Source: a virus (Duplodnaviria; Heunggongvirae; Uroviricota; Caudoviricetes). Taken from it: a stretch of 64,000 nucleotides of DNA. Below the pieces are notes generated by a model. The model searched no databases. It was not told the DNA's origin and saw only the letters and a list, made by a program, of their open reading frames with translations. The stretch lies in the IMG/VR virus record IMGVR_UViG_3300046522_000750; one strand, written 5' to 3'. This document shows, in pieces, positions 38,416 through 49,201 of this stretch; the first letter of the stretch is position 1, and each line of letters opens with the position of its first letter. The translations under genes and the position numbers were made by a program.

Positions 38416-39368
38416 AATCCCAACGACTCCTCAAGCATGGCAGCCTTAAAGTGCCGGTTGGCTTTTATCAATGGTCGCAGCTCGGTATCCGAGTACATCT
38501 CAAGGCCCAAGGCAATCTCCTGGCGCGTTTTCATGCACGCAACCACGTCCTCAATAGGGTGGGTCATCATGTACGCCATGTAGAGAGCCTGGCAGGCCGG
38601 ATATGACTCGTAGTGCACGGCCATCCAAAGTGTCTGAGCCAAATTCCTCGGTATTTTCTGGCGTATCTCTCCATCCTCCTTCTTAGCCGCAGGCCAAACT
38701 CCTGTCTTCATAACACGGGCAGCAAGGTTAAGCTTCTTTGCGGAACGCAGGTCTTCATACCCTGAAAAACCTGCACTCAAATGAGCCTTCAGCGCTGCAT
38801 CACTGACCTGCGACTCTGGCAGCCTCAGCATGAAGGGGAGGCTTGAAATGGCGGCCTTATCGATGAGCTCAGGCGTCATGACCCTGGCCATCCACGGGTT
38901 ATCGGCATGACACCTTGCGAAAGACTGAGGCAACCCCACATTGATCATGGCCTCAACGGTTTCTGCTGTTCGGAAGTCGTTGTGAATGAAGACTGCCGCC
39001 AGAGTGTTTCGCTGGTAACCGAAAATGCACAGAGCCAGGTAATCCTTGGCGGTTACGGGGTTAATTTCAGATAAAATCAAAATGTCATTCGCGATAGCGA
39101 CTTCCATGGCCTTGTCAGATAGAAGCTCAGCAGGGATTTGGCGGAAATAATCAATCATCCCCTTTCCCTCACTGCCAACAGGCGCATTCTTCATGAACAG
39201 CCAGTTATAGACACCTTCTTGAGTCCTAAGGCTGTCGGGTATGTCTGAGAAATCATCGAATTCTTTATAGGCGTAGATCGCCTGAACGATGTCTTGAACG
39301 ACCTCATCGAGTTTTTTACTGGCTGAGTCCGCCTCGAACCTTCTTTGCATTTCTTCTTCGATGCTCAT
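38412..39368 (-). CDS. LGL-tail family A paralog A06 (318 aa)
   Basis: Tail KAAMLEESLGL; ATGA junctions. Confidence 0.85.
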   Translation of the reverse strand: MSIEEEMQRRFEADSASKKLDEVVQDIVQAIYAYKEFDDFSDIPDSLRTQEGVYNWLFMKNAPVGSEGKGMIDYFRQIPAELLSDKAMEVAIANDILILSEINPVTAKDYLALCIFGYQRNTLAAVFIHNDFRTAETVEAMINVGLPQSFARCHADNPWMARVMTPELIDKAAISSLPFMLRLPESQVSDAALKAHLSAGFSGYEDLRSAKKLNLAARVMKTGVWPAAKKEDGEIRQKIPRNLAQTLWMAVHYESYPACQALYMAYMMTHPIEDVVACMKTRQEIALGLEMYSDTELRPLIKANRHFKAAMLEESLGL

Positions 39369-40273
39369 AAGCCCAAGGAGTCCTCAAGTAGCAGCCCTTT
39401 CAATTTGTAATGATTTTTCATGAACGGCATCAGCTCCTCAAGCGTGTACATCTCTATTATAAGATGCGCGTAGCGGCGATTGCCCATCAACTCTAAAACC
39501 TCATCCATCGGCTGATTGATCAGCCAGGCCATGTGCAGTGCAAAAACACTACCATTTAAAGGGTTCTCGGAAAGTCGCTCAACCCCCTCCAGAGTACTTC
39601 TGGGCATTGCCTGGTCAACCTTAAAAATACCATCCGATTCTGGCCAACCCACTTCCTTCAAATACTCAGCTGCAAGCTTGAGTTTCTTCGCTCCCCTCAT
39701 TTTCAAATAGCCATTGAAGTCCTTCTCCAGATGAGCCTTCAGCGCCGCCTGGCTGATTTTCACTCGCGGCAAATCACACATGAACATGATGTATTTTTGA
39801 GACGCTTTCTCAACGAGCTCCGGCGTCATGACGGCAGCGACCCAGGGATTGGCCTTGTAGGTCTTCTCAAAGAAAGGTGTGGACTCAATCATTGCCTCAA
39901 CGGTGGCGGTCGTCCGGTAATCCGGATGGATGTATTGCGCCGCATTGTCACCGTTCTTATGAGCTATGAGGAACAACTTCAAGTAGTCTTCCGTATCTTC
40001 AGGCTCGATTAGCTTGAGCATCTCGGAGCTCGTCCTGACAGCGACTTCACGCAACTGATCAGTCAAAAGCTCAGGCGGTATTTGCACCCAAAAATCCTGC
40101 ACTGGCTTTACGTCAAGCCTGATCATGGCCTTCAGCCAATGGATGGCGATGATGCTGGTTTTAACAGCCAGGTCATCAAAAGCGATCTCGAACTCGCTCA
40201 TGTTGATCTTTGTGACGACAGAAACCTCGCTCATGGCCGCGAGACTGTCTTGATCTCTGTCTCCAGCTTTCAT
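39365..40273 (-). CDS. LGL-tail family A paralog A07 (302 aa)
   Basis: Tail KGLLLEDSLGL; ATGA junctions. Confidence 0.85.
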   Translation of the reverse strand: MKAGDRDQDSLAAMSEVSVVTKINMSEFEIAFDDLAVKTSIIAIHWLKAMIRLDVKPVQDFWVQIPPELLTDQLREVAVRTSSEMLKLIEPEDTEDYLKLFLIAHKNGDNAAQYIHPDYRTTATVEAMIESTPFFEKTYKANPWVAAVMTPELVEKASQKYIMFMCDLPRVKISQAALKAHLEKDFNGYLKMRGAKKLKLAAEYLKEVGWPESDGIFKVDQAMPRSTLEGVERLSENPLNGSVFALHMAWLINQPMDEVLELMGNRRYAHLIIEMYTLEELMPFMKNHYKLKGLLLEDSLGL

Positions 40274-41151
40274 AGACCGAGCGACTCCTCAAGCAGTGCG
40301 GCCTTTAGGTGCCGGTGAGTTTTAACAAAGGGCCCAAGCTCTTCTGGCGAGTAGATCTCCAGCAGGTAATTGATGTGCTCTCGCGTATTCATGGCGGACA
40401 ACACATCCTCAATCGGGTGGGTCATCAAGTAAGCCATGTAAAGCGACCCATCCGACAAAAATTCCTCAGCCATCAGTAACGAAAGGCCCTGTGCAACATC
40501 CTCAGGTTTCTCGATTTTTAGCATCAATGAGTCTTTAGGTTCCGGCCAATAGCCCTGCTTCAAAAAGTCAGCAGCCAACTGAAGCTTGCCCTTTTTGTAT
40601 AGAGCGATGTAACCATCAAAGCCGACGCTCAGATGAATATACAAAGCCTCTGGACTAATTTTCTCAATAGGCAAGCCGGCCATGATTTTCGCACTGAGCC
40701 TGGCCGCCGCCTCCCATTGGTCAGCCGTCATGACCTCGGAGATCCAAGGGTTTTTCAGGAAGCCTCGCTCAAACTCTCGAGGCAGTGCCAGCATGGCCTC
40801 CACCGTATCGGATGTTCGAAAATCAGGATTCAGGAGCGGAATGACCAGGCTGGTGTGGTTGTAGGCCGTGATGAACAAATCCAGATATTGATCCGTGTCA
40901 CTCGGATCGAAGTGCTGGATTATCCGTGCATCCAGGCTAATGGCCTTTTTGCGCAGATCATCGGTGATCAGCTCAGAGGGAATCTGCTTCCAGTAATGGA
41001 AGACCGCATCAAAATTCAGGTTGGACAGGATGGTGAGCCATTCCTGTATCACTCGCTGGGTCTGAAGCCGCTTTGGTATCTCAGCAAAGTCGGGTGCGTA
41101 CAGGCTGCTGAAACTGGCAATCAGCGCGTCTTCATCGGCCTTGAGATTCAT
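40270..41151 (-). CDS. LGL-tail family A paralog A08 (293 aa)
   Basis: Tail KAALLEESLGL; ATGA junctions. Confidence 0.85.
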   Translation of the reverse strand: MNLKADEDALIASFSSLYAPDFAEIPKRLQTQRVIQEWLTILSNLNFDAVFHYWKQIPSELITDDLRKKAISLDARIIQHFDPSDTDQYLDLFITAYNHTSLVIPLLNPDFRTSDTVEAMLALPREFERGFLKNPWISEVMTADQWEAAARLSAKIMAGLPIEKISPEALYIHLSVGFDGYIALYKKGKLQLAADFLKQGYWPEPKDSLMLKIEKPEDVAQGLSLLMAEEFLSDGSLYMAYLMTHPIEDVLSAMNTREHINYLLEIYSPEELGPFVKTHRHLKAALLEESLGL

Positions 41152-42026
41152 AACCCCAAGGACTCCTCAAGCAGAGCCGCCTTCAAAATCTTGTTCGTTT
41201 TCATCAACGGGCGAAGCTCCTCTTCGGTGTACATTTCCATGGCCAGCTTCACGAGTTTTCGTGTGGTCATCAGCGCCATGACCTCATCAATGGGGTACGT
41301 CATTAAGAAGGCCATGTTAAGGGATTGGACAAGAGCGTTTTCAGGCTCATTGACCAGCAGGAATGCTTCTGATGCGTCTTTCGGTCTGTCCTGCGTGCCA
41401 ACAACATGATTAGACAAGTCAGGCCAGTGACCAGATTTTAAAAAATCAGCGGCGAGTCGCAGCTTTCTCTCTTCACGCAAATAATGGTAGCCAATGACAC
41501 CTTCGGCCAAATGGATATACAAAGAATTTTCACTGATCTTGTCGACCGGCAAGCGGGCCATGACTTTCGCGCTGAACCTGGAGGCAGTTTCCCGTTGTTC
41601 CTCCGTCATAACCTCCGCTACCCAGGCGTTCGCCAGGAAGCTGAGCTCAAATTCGCCGGGGGACTCCAGCATCGCCTCAACTGTCTGGCTTTTTTTGTAG
41701 TCGGGGTGTAGCAATTTGGTCACTCTGAAGCTCGTCGCGTGAGCCTTGGCGAACAATGCTAAATAGTGATCGGTGTCGTCTGGGTCAATATACTTAATAA
41801 TACCGATGTCCATTCCGATGGCGGTGTTGCGCAGCGCGTCCGTGACCAGTTCCTTGGGTATCTGCTGCCAATTTTCCTGAATTTTCAAGTAATCATCATT
41901 AGCAATAAAACCGAACCACCCTGCCGCTACCTTCTGGGTTTTCATGTGCTCAGGGATATCGGCAAATGCCGGGGCATAGCCATCGCCGAAGCTATCAATC
42001 AGCTCATCTTCTGTCAGATAGCTCAT
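41148..42026 (-). CDS. LGL-tail family A paralog A09 (292 aa)
   Basis: Tail KAALLEESLGL; ATGA junctions. Confidence 0.85.
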   Translation of the reverse strand: MSYLTEDELIDSFGDGYAPAFADIPEHMKTQKVAAGWFGFIANDDYLKIQENWQQIPKELVTDALRNTAIGMDIGIIKYIDPDDTDHYLALFAKAHATSFRVTKLLHPDYKKSQTVEAMLESPGEFELSFLANAWVAEVMTEEQRETASRFSAKVMARLPVDKISENSLYIHLAEGVIGYHYLREERKLRLAADFLKSGHWPDLSNHVVGTQDRPKDASEAFLLVNEPENALVQSLNMAFLMTYPIDEVMALMTTRKLVKLAMEMYTEEELRPLMKTNKILKAALLEESLGL

Positions 42027-42913
42027 AGCCCCAGCATCTCCTCAAGCAGTGCACCTTTCAACAGTCTGTTGTTTTTCATCAGGGGACGCAGCTCGTTTTC
42101 GGAGTACATTTCCAGCGCCAGCTTGATCTGCTGACGTGAGGTCATCAAGCCGATCACGTGCTCAATAGGTTGATTCATCAACCATGCCATGTAAACAGCC
42201 TTGGTGTTTTCACCCTGTGCTTTGTCGATCATCTCTATGGCTTCCATGGCATCCTTGGGCTCTTTCTCATCATGCTCAAAGGTATTCGCTGTCTTAGGCC
42301 AAGGGTGTGACTTTAAAAAGCAAGCAGCAGCCCTGAGTTTGCCCTCCTTGCGCAGCATGCCAAAGACCACGAAGCTGTCGGCCAAGTGAGCACTCAAGGC
42401 TTCGGTACTGATCTGATCGACAGGCAACTTGACCATTATTTTAGAGAAGACTCTGGCGGCAGACTCCCGTTGGTCTGGAGTCATGACTTTTGCAATCCAG
42501 GAATTACTCCAGTAGCTGCGCTCAAATTGGTAGGGCGATGCCATCATGGCGTCAATCGTACTTGTGGTTTTGAAATTGGAGTGCAAGTACTTAGTGGACT
42601 GATGATCTTCGTTATGGGCATTTATGAACAAATTCAGATAATGGTCAGTGTCACTCGGCTGAATGTGCCCGATTATTTCTGAGTCCAGGCTTATGCCGTA
42701 ATAGCGCAACCTGTCCGTCACGAGATGATGCGGTATCTGAAGCCATAAATTCGAGGCTTTTTCTTCAAAATCAAAGCCTGCTCTGAACTCGAGCCAATCA
42801 TATGCCACCCTCTCTGTTTTCAGGTGCTCAGGTATGTCGGCAAAGTCGGGCTTGTAGTCGTCGCCGAAGCTAGAAATCAGCTCATCTTCTTCTACTTTTA
42901 GAAGGTAGCTCAT
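42023..42913 (-). CDS. LGL-tail family A paralog A10 (296 aa)
   Basis: Tail KGALLEEMLGL; ATGA junctions. Confidence 0.85.
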   Translation of the reverse strand: MSYLLKVEEDELISSFGDDYKPDFADIPEHLKTERVAYDWLEFRAGFDFEEKASNLWLQIPHHLVTDRLRYYGISLDSEIIGHIQPSDTDHYLNLFINAHNEDHQSTKYLHSNFKTTSTIDAMMASPYQFERSYWSNSWIAKVMTPDQRESAARVFSKIMVKLPVDQISTEALSAHLADSFVVFGMLRKEGKLRAAACFLKSHPWPKTANTFEHDEKEPKDAMEAIEMIDKAQGENTKAVYMAWLMNQPIEHVIGLMTSRQQIKLALEMYSENELRPLMKNNRLLKGALLEEMLGL

Positions 42914-43812
42914 AATCCCAGCGAATCCTCAAGCAGTGGCACACGCAGCGCCCGGTTGGACTTTACATACGGGAGCAATTGATCAGAAGGATAAATGCTC
43001 AGCAGAATTTCTCGACGTGACGGGGTGTTCATCACCTTGACGACAAGGTTGGTCGGGAAGGTCTTGAGATAAGCACAATAAAGACGGTACTCATCACTGC
43101 CCCAGGGTGATCGATCACCCTGGGCCTTGTATTTGGTGATGAGCTCAGCCAATTCAAACAGGCCCTTTGGCTTATGGCTTTTTAGCCCAGAGATTTTATC
43201 GGGCCAGCCTCCGTCCTGGATCATTTTAACGAGCAAACCGTCGCCATCGAGTACAACCAGATTCTCGTAATACTTGGTGCTATTGACGAGCAGCTTTTTT
43301 AGCGAAGGCCAAGAAAGATTGTGCAAACCGACGCTTTTCGCAAATAGATAATTGCTCTCACCCACGCGATCAATCATGTCCTGGGTCAACAATGGCCCAA
43401 TCCAAGCCTGCCACTGTTCCGTCAATGCCATGTGCTCAGTATCGTGATCGACAATGGCTTCGAGCGTTTCGCGGGTCTTAAAACGCTCGTGAATCAATTT
43501 GTACGCAAAATTACTGGCTTTTGTCGCCTTCAGTACCAGTTCAAGGTAGATATCGGTGTCGTCAGGATGAATAAGGCCAAGGGCATGAACGCCTAGTTCT
43601 ACAGCGGCTCGCCTGATCTCATCGTTAACCAGGGGTTTGGGAATGGCCCCCAAGACAAAGTCGGCGCCACGAAACCTGTGGTGAAAGCTTGTCTGCATCC
43701 ACTTGATCACTATCTCAGTGTCGCAAAGCGCCTCTGGAATTGCATCAAAGTTACCGTAGAGGTCGTCGACGTACCGGCAGTCCAATGCTTGCAGCAATTG
43801 TTGTTTGATCAT
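42910..43812 (-). CDS. LGL-tail family A paralog A11 (300 aa; MIKQ subgroup)
   Basis: Tail RVPLLEDSLGL; ATGA junctions. Confidence 0.85.
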   Translation of the reverse strand: MIKQQLLQALDCRYVDDLYGNFDAIPEALCDTEIVIKWMQTSFHHRFRGADFVLGAIPKPLVNDEIRRAAVELGVHALGLIHPDDTDIYLELVLKATKASNFAYKLIHERFKTRETLEAIVDHDTEHMALTEQWQAWIGPLLTQDMIDRVGESNYLFAKSVGLHNLSWPSLKKLLVNSTKYYENLVVLDGDGLLVKMIQDGGWPDKISGLKSHKPKGLFELAELITKYKAQGDRSPWGSDEYRLYCAYLKTFPTNLVVKVMNTPSRREILLSIYPSDQLLPYVKSNRALRVPLLEDSLGL

Positions 43813-44690
43813 AGGCCTAGGGCATCCTCAACTAATAGTCCACGTAGCGGGCGGTTGGCCTTAGAATTCGCTCGCAAAACATCTGCCGGGTATACATCCA
43901 TCAGTATTTTGCGCAGTTTAAGGGTATTCATCACCTCGACGACCTGGTCGATGGGGAAGGTTTGAAGGTGGGCGCAATAAAGCCAGTAAGATGGGCTTTC
44001 GCGCTCAGACATTTCCAAGCAAAACGCCAGCCCGCGCAAATCATCGGGTTTGGCGTACTCGACTTCTTCGGCTGGCGCAGGCCAACCACCTTCCTGAATC
44101 ATTTTCAGGAGTAAGTCACCATGCCCGCGACCCACCAGGTCGGGATAACTTTGAGGATGGGTGATGAGCGCATTTTTCAAGCAGTGCCAGGCCACCCCGT
44201 CTACGCCGACACTCATCATGAACTCGTAGTTGTTGGCACTCACACGATCAATGTCTGCTTGAGTCAGCAGCGGCTTTATCCACTGCTGACCATTCAAATT
44301 CAATGACATGTAGAGCGGGTTATGATCAATGATGGCGCTGAGGGTCTCACGGGTTCGAAAGCGCTGGTCAATCAAATTATAGCCATAGCTGGACGCCCCT
44401 GTGGCCAGTAACACCAATTCCAAATAAATGTCCGTTTCGTCCGGATTAATCAGCATCAGCGCACGCACGCTGACTTTTACGGCAAGTCGACGGACATCAT
44501 CATCAAAGAGGTGTTTGGGGATTTGCATTGTCGACCAGTCAGGCATTTTACCGAGCACGTTCACGCTGCTCTCAAGCCACTTGAAAGCGACCTCTGGATC
44601 ACGAAGATTTTTCGGAATGTCGTCGAACGAAGAATACAGCGTGGCGCCTTCCTCTGTTTCCAAGGTTTTTAGCAATTCTTGCTTGATCAT
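43809..44690 (-). CDS. LGL-tail family A paralog A12 (293 aa)
   Basis: Tail RGLLVEDALGL; ATGA junctions. Confidence 0.85.
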   Translation of the reverse strand: MIKQELLKTLETEEGATLYSSFDDIPKNLRDPEVAFKWLESSVNVLGKMPDWSTMQIPKHLFDDDVRRLAVKVSVRALMLINPDETDIYLELVLLATGASSYGYNLIDQRFRTRETLSAIIDHNPLYMSLNLNGQQWIKPLLTQADIDRVSANNYEFMMSVGVDGVAWHCLKNALITHPQSYPDLVGRGHGDLLLKMIQEGGWPAPAEEVEYAKPDDLRGLAFCLEMSERESPSYWLYCAHLQTFPIDQVVEVMNTLKLRKILMDVYPADVLRANSKANRPLRGLLVEDALGL

Positions 44691-45568
44691 AGGCCGAGTG
44701 CATCCTCAAGCAGCATGCCCCTGAGGGGTTTGTTTTTCTTGGCATGCGCCAGCAGCACCTCAGGAGGATAAACGTCCAGAAGGATTTTTCTCTGCTCTTT
44801 GGTGTACATCACCTTGAGTACTCGATCAGTCGGGAAGGTTTTCAGCAGGGCGCAATACAAATGGCGATCTGAACTGCCCTCTTTTGACTGGGTGATGATG
44901 GATGCCAGCTCAAAGATCCCTTTCGGCCTGTAGGGCTTACGATTATGAATCCTCTCTGGCCAGCCACCCTCCTGAACCATCTTGTCCAGCAGGTTTCTAT
45001 GACCGCGAGTGATCAGGTCTGCGTAGTACACGGCATTATTAAGTAACATGGCTTTCGCTGAAGCCCAGGCAACGTTTTGTATCCCGACGTTCATGGCGAA
45101 TGTGTAGTTGCTGGCACCCACGCGATCAATCATCTCCTGAGTCAGCAAGGGCTTGATCCATTGCTGACCGAGTCCCAATAGCGTCATGTGCTTGGGATCG
45201 TGATCGAGAATGGCATTGACCGTTTCAGTGGTTCTGAAGCTTTCGTGAACCACCATGAAGCCATGGCCATGGGTGGCGGTGGCCATCAATACCAGATCCA
45301 GGTAGATGTCGGTGTCCTTAGGATCAATGAACTTGAGCGCTCGCACGCCAAATTCAACCGCTAAGCGCCTGATTTTGTCATTGACCAGGTGCTTCGGGAT
45401 TTGCTGCAGCGACCAATCAGAGGACTGGCTGCGCAATGTGATGCTCGACTCAAGCCACTTGAACGCGACGTCTGAGTCACGAAGCGACTCAGGAATGACC
45501 TGAAAATCCGTGAATACGGCACTGTAGTCTTGGTTGCCCAGGTCTTTCAGCAATTGTTCCTTATTCAT
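44687..45568 (-). CDS. LGL-tail family A paralog A13 (293 aa)
   Basis: Tail RGMLLEDALGL; ATGA junctions. Confidence 0.85.
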   Translation of the reverse strand: MNKEQLLKDLGNQDYSAVFTDFQVIPESLRDSDVAFKWLESSITLRSQSSDWSLQQIPKHLVNDKIRRLAVEFGVRALKFIDPKDTDIYLDLVLMATATHGHGFMVVHESFRTTETVNAILDHDPKHMTLLGLGQQWIKPLLTQEMIDRVGASNYTFAMNVGIQNVAWASAKAMLLNNAVYYADLITRGHRNLLDKMVQEGGWPERIHNRKPYRPKGIFELASIITQSKEGSSDRHLYCALLKTFPTDRVLKVMYTKEQRKILLDVYPPEVLLAHAKKNKPLRGMLLEDALGL

Positions 45569-46446
45569 AATCCCAGCGCATCCTCAAGCAGTGTTCCTCG
45601 AAGATGACGGTCTTCTTTGGCGTGAACAAGCAGCGCCTCGGGCGGGTAGATCTCCAGAAGCAATTTGCGCTTCTCTGGCGTGTTCATCACCTTGAACACC
45701 TTATCAATCGGGAATGTTTGCAGGTGGGCGCGGTACAGGTAGTGCATGGCACTGCCCTCCTCCGCATTCATCAGCAGCCTGGCCAACACGGTAAGCCTCT
45801 CAGGCTTGTAGTTGTAGTAACCATCAAGCTTCGCCGGCCAGCCGCCTTCCTGAATCATTTTGACAATCAGATCGCCACCGCCGCGCTGGGTCAGGTCTTG
45901 GTAGAAATCCGGATTATTTACCAGCATCTCTTTGACCGACGACCAGGCCACGTTCCGGATGCCGACGCTCATTGCGAAGGGATAGCTTATAGCCGCCACT
46001 CGATCAATCATGGCCTGGGTCAACAATGGCTTCATCCACTGGTGACCATTCCAATTCATCGACATGTGCTGGGGGTTGTGATCGATGATCGCCTCGAGCG
46101 TTTCAAGGGTCTGGAAGCTCTCGTGAATCATGATGTAGCCAAAGCTCGAAGCCGAGGTGGCTTGCAGCACCAGCTCCATGTAAATGTCGGTGTCTTGCGG
46201 ATCGATGAACATCAAGGCCCGGACGCTGGTTTTCACAGCGGTGCGACGAATCAGATCATTGACCAAATGCTTTGGAATACGCTCAAGCGCCGAATCAGCG
46301 CCCATATTGCGCACCAGGACGCTCGTTACCAGCCATTTGTGCGCGACCTCGAAATCACGGAGTTCTTCCGGAATCGATTCGAAGGAGGAGAACCGGGCCG
46401 CGTGCTTCGGGTCATCTAAAGCGATCATCAATAACTGCTTATTCAT
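45565..46446 (-). CDS. LGL-tail family A paralog A14 (293 aa)
   Basis: Tail RGTLLEDALGL; ATGA junctions. Confidence 0.85.
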   Translation of the reverse strand: MNKQLLMIALDDPKHAARFSSFESIPEELRDFEVAHKWLVTSVLVRNMGADSALERIPKHLVNDLIRRTAVKTSVRALMFIDPQDTDIYMELVLQATSASSFGYIMIHESFQTLETLEAIIDHNPQHMSMNWNGHQWMKPLLTQAMIDRVAAISYPFAMSVGIRNVAWSSVKEMLVNNPDFYQDLTQRGGGDLIVKMIQEGGWPAKLDGYYNYKPERLTVLARLLMNAEEGSAMHYLYRAHLQTFPIDKVFKVMNTPEKRKLLLEIYPPEALLVHAKEDRHLRGTLLEDALGL

Positions 46447-47324
46447 AGTCCCAGTCCATCCTCAAGCAATAAGCCGCTGAGCTCTCTGTCAGCCTTCAGG
46501 AACGGCTTAAGCTCTTGGGGTGAGTACATCTCTAGCAAAAGCTTCTTGAGTCGCTTACCGCGCATTGCAGGCACCACCTGCTCTATCGGGTAGGTCATGA
46601 CATAAGCCATGTACAGCGTTTCGTGATCTTTTCCTGGCGTACAATGGGTAATCCAGTTGACGCCATCCTCAAGCGACTTCGGCTTGACGCCGGCAAAGGC
46701 CAAGTCTGAAACCTCCTCCGGCCAGTCACCATTAATACTGATTCGATCAGCCATCAGACCAAAAAGTCTACGTGATCGAAGGACTTCGTAGGTTGAGTGA
46801 TTCTTGACCATCATCTCTTCAAGAATCTCATCAGAAAGCTGCTCTACTGGTGAGTCCAGGGCGAAGTCAATATTCATGCAGCACTTGTCGAAGACATCTC
46901 GCTTAAGTGCTCCACGGAACCAGTCAAACTCTTTGGCGATCTTGTGAACGTCACTGATATGATTCCAGCAATATTCTGGCAACACCTGCCACAGGTAGTC
47001 AGGATGCACCGAGGTGATGCTCTTGTAGTTCCGGCGCGTCACGGCTTCGGCGAGAATGATGTAGCCTGTCGTTTGCAGCGGATCCAGCCCTTTCAGGACG
47101 TTGATCCGTCCATTTTTGGCAGCGCAGAGCATCACGTCGAAGGTGCGCAATGAGTTGGGAATCTCTTCATAGCAGGCGTCCAGAGACTCATTGCCCCTGT
47201 TGATCTTGTGCAGCAGCCATTTACGGGCCGTTTCAGGGGTGCGGAAATCATCCGGGAATTCGGCAAAACGAAGGATCTTCAGGCCGCCGAAGCCATCGAC
47301 GTCTCGATCAAGTGTGGTGGTCAT
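46443..47324 (-). CDS. LGL-tail family A paralog A15 (293 aa)
   Basis: Tail SGLLLEDGLGL; ATGA junctions. Confidence 0.85.
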   Translation of the reverse strand: MTTTLDRDVDGFGGLKILRFAEFPDDFRTPETARKWLLHKINRGNESLDACYEEIPNSLRTFDVMLCAAKNGRINVLKGLDPLQTTGYIILAEAVTRRNYKSITSVHPDYLWQVLPEYCWNHISDVHKIAKEFDWFRGALKRDVFDKCCMNIDFALDSPVEQLSDEILEEMMVKNHSTYEVLRSRRLFGLMADRISINGDWPEEVSDLAFAGVKPKSLEDGVNWITHCTPGKDHETLYMAYVMTYPIEQVVPAMRGKRLKKLLLEMYSPQELKPFLKADRELSGLLLEDGLGL

Positions 47325-48253
47325 AGGCCAATTGAGTCCTCAAGCAAGCTGCCACGCAGTGCCCGGCTTTTCTTCAAGTATGGCTGAAGAGCCTCTGTGG
47401 AATACATCTCAAACAGCAGCTTTTGAAGCCGTGGCTCCGTCATCAACGGCAACACCGTTTCCATCGGTTGTGCCAGCAGGTAGGCCATGTATAGGGTTTC
47501 TCGAACACCATCAGGCTTGCTCTGCTTCAAGAGATGAATGCCATCCTCGAGCGAAGTTGGCTTGGGGCCTGCCATGTCATCCCCGTTGAACTCTTGCGGC
47601 CAGAAACACGCTGAAACCTGTTCGGCAAGAAGCTCTAGCCGGCCCCGGCCCCTGATGGCCTTATAGGCAATAGGACTACATTGAACGAAGATGTCCGTGC
47701 GAATTTTAAGGGGGATCTCATCGCAGTCCAATGCGAACTGAATATTGAGGCAGCACCGCTTAAAGTCCTGCGCCTTTATATGATCCCTGACCCAAGGGAA
47801 TTCCCTGGCAATCAAGTGCATGTCCTGGGTTCTGTTCCAGGACAGATGCTCAATGGCATCGTCTCTTAATTCTGGATCAAGTGATGCAAGGTTTTTGTAG
47901 TTCGCCTCCACGCACGTCATGGAGAGATCACGATACACATCGCTCTGCGCTGGATCGAGATCACCAAGGATGTTGACCCCGGTCACGGCCACTGCCTTAA
48001 GGAATTCTGCAGACCTGCACTCAGCAGGGACTTCCAGATAGCTCTCGGTAATCGTTTTAGTACCGGTAAACAGCATGGCTGAAAACCACTCTTCAGCGAC
48101 ATCGCCACTTTGAAGGTGGACAGGGATCTGAGAAAAGCTGTGAACGAGGTTGTTGCAGATCGCGACATTGACTTCATGAGCATTTTTGAAGGACAGGAGC
48201 CCGTCGACGTTTTGATCCGGTGTGCTGTTTCCCTGCGGTGCTCTGCTCATCAA
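47321..48253 (-). CDS. LGL-tail family A paralog A16 (310 aa)
   Basis: Tail RGSLLEDSIGL. Confidence 0.85.
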   Translation of the reverse strand: MMSRAPQGNSTPDQNVDGLLSFKNAHEVNVAICNNLVHSFSQIPVHLQSGDVAEEWFSAMLFTGTKTITESYLEVPAECRSAEFLKAVAVTGVNILGDLDPAQSDVYRDLSMTCVEANYKNLASLDPELRDDAIEHLSWNRTQDMHLIAREFPWVRDHIKAQDFKRCCLNIQFALDCDEIPLKIRTDIFVQCSPIAYKAIRGRGRLELLAEQVSACFWPQEFNGDDMAGPKPTSLEDGIHLLKQSKPDGVRETLYMAYLLAQPMETVLPLMTEPRLQKLLFEMYSTEALQPYLKKSRALRGSLLEDSIGL

Positions 48254-48289
48254 TGTCCCCTGCCCGTTATGCGTGCCCTGCCATAACGG

Positions 48290-49180
48290 TCAAAGGCCCA
48301 AGGATTCTTCCAGCAAAATGCCACGAAGCGCCCTGCTTTTCTTCAAGTATGGCGCAAGCGCTTCAGTCGAGTACATCTCGAAAAGAAGCTTCTGCAGACG
48401 GCGATTGGTCATCAGTGGGACAACCTGATCCATGGGATGGGACATTATGTAGGCCATGTAAAGCGTTTCATGTTCTTTACCGGGCGCAGATGCAGTCAGT
48501 CGGTTGACGCCATCGGTGAGTGAGGTCGGCTGTATGGTGTCCTGGACGTATTTGTTATCTGGCCAACCGCCAGCGCTGATCTGATCAGCCAGAAGATTGA
48601 CTTTCCCGCGAGCTCTGAGGGTCAGAGCTGTGATAACGCAGTAGTTCCCGATCAAGGCGTATTCACATACATCAGCCGACATCATTTCTTGTGGAGTATC
48701 CAGGAAAAATTCGATGTTCATGGAGCAGGTTTTAAAACAGGTGGTGTTCAACTCCCCTCTAAACCAGTCAAATTCCTTGGCAATCGAGTGAATGTCGGCA
48801 ATATTTTCAGCACAAAATTTATGCAGGATTTTCCGCCTTACAGCAGAATCTACGGAAGCGATATGCTGGTAGTTTCTCCGAAAGCAGATATGTGCGAGAT
48901 CAATGTAGCCAGGGTGGCTAGGATCTAGGCCTTCGATTACATTGATGCCATTACCCGCCGCCCACTCGATAAGCTCGTTTGAACGCAGTTCTGGAGGAAT
49001 CTCTTGGTAACAATCCGCCAATGACTCTTTGGCGGCGTGCTGCTTCAGAAGCATCCACTCCTGAATTACTTCCTGAGTCTGAAATTCCTTAGGAATCTCA
49101 GCAAAGCGCAAGTCCTGCAGACTACCGACGTCGTCGATGTCGCGATTCGGTTTGTTGCCAGCGTCTGGGGCTTTGTTCAT
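48290..49180 (-). CDS. LGL-tail family A paralog A17 (296 aa)
   Basis: Tail RGILLEESLGL. Confidence 0.85.
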   Translation of the reverse strand: MNKAPDAGNKPNRDIDDVGSLQDLRFAEIPKEFQTQEVIQEWMLLKQHAAKESLADCYQEIPPELRSNELIEWAAGNGINVIEGLDPSHPGYIDLAHICFRRNYQHIASVDSAVRRKILHKFCAENIADIHSIAKEFDWFRGELNTTCFKTCSMNIEFFLDTPQEMMSADVCEYALIGNYCVITALTLRARGKVNLLADQISAGGWPDNKYVQDTIQPTSLTDGVNRLTASAPGKEHETLYMAYIMSHPMDQVVPLMTNRRLQKLLFEMYSTEALAPYLKKSRALRGILLEESLGL

Positions 49181-49201
49181 TTCTCGGGCCTTGTTCTTCT
49201 G

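Noticed and set aside
45604-46419. Long plus-strand ORFs inside the A array (e.g. 45604-46419 271 aa, 40633-41409 258 aa, 52770-53288 172 aa)
   Set aside because: They are antisense shadow ORFs of the minus-strand family A genes. They lack family motifs and any start or context signals, and their frame is the mirror of a strongly conserved coding frame.
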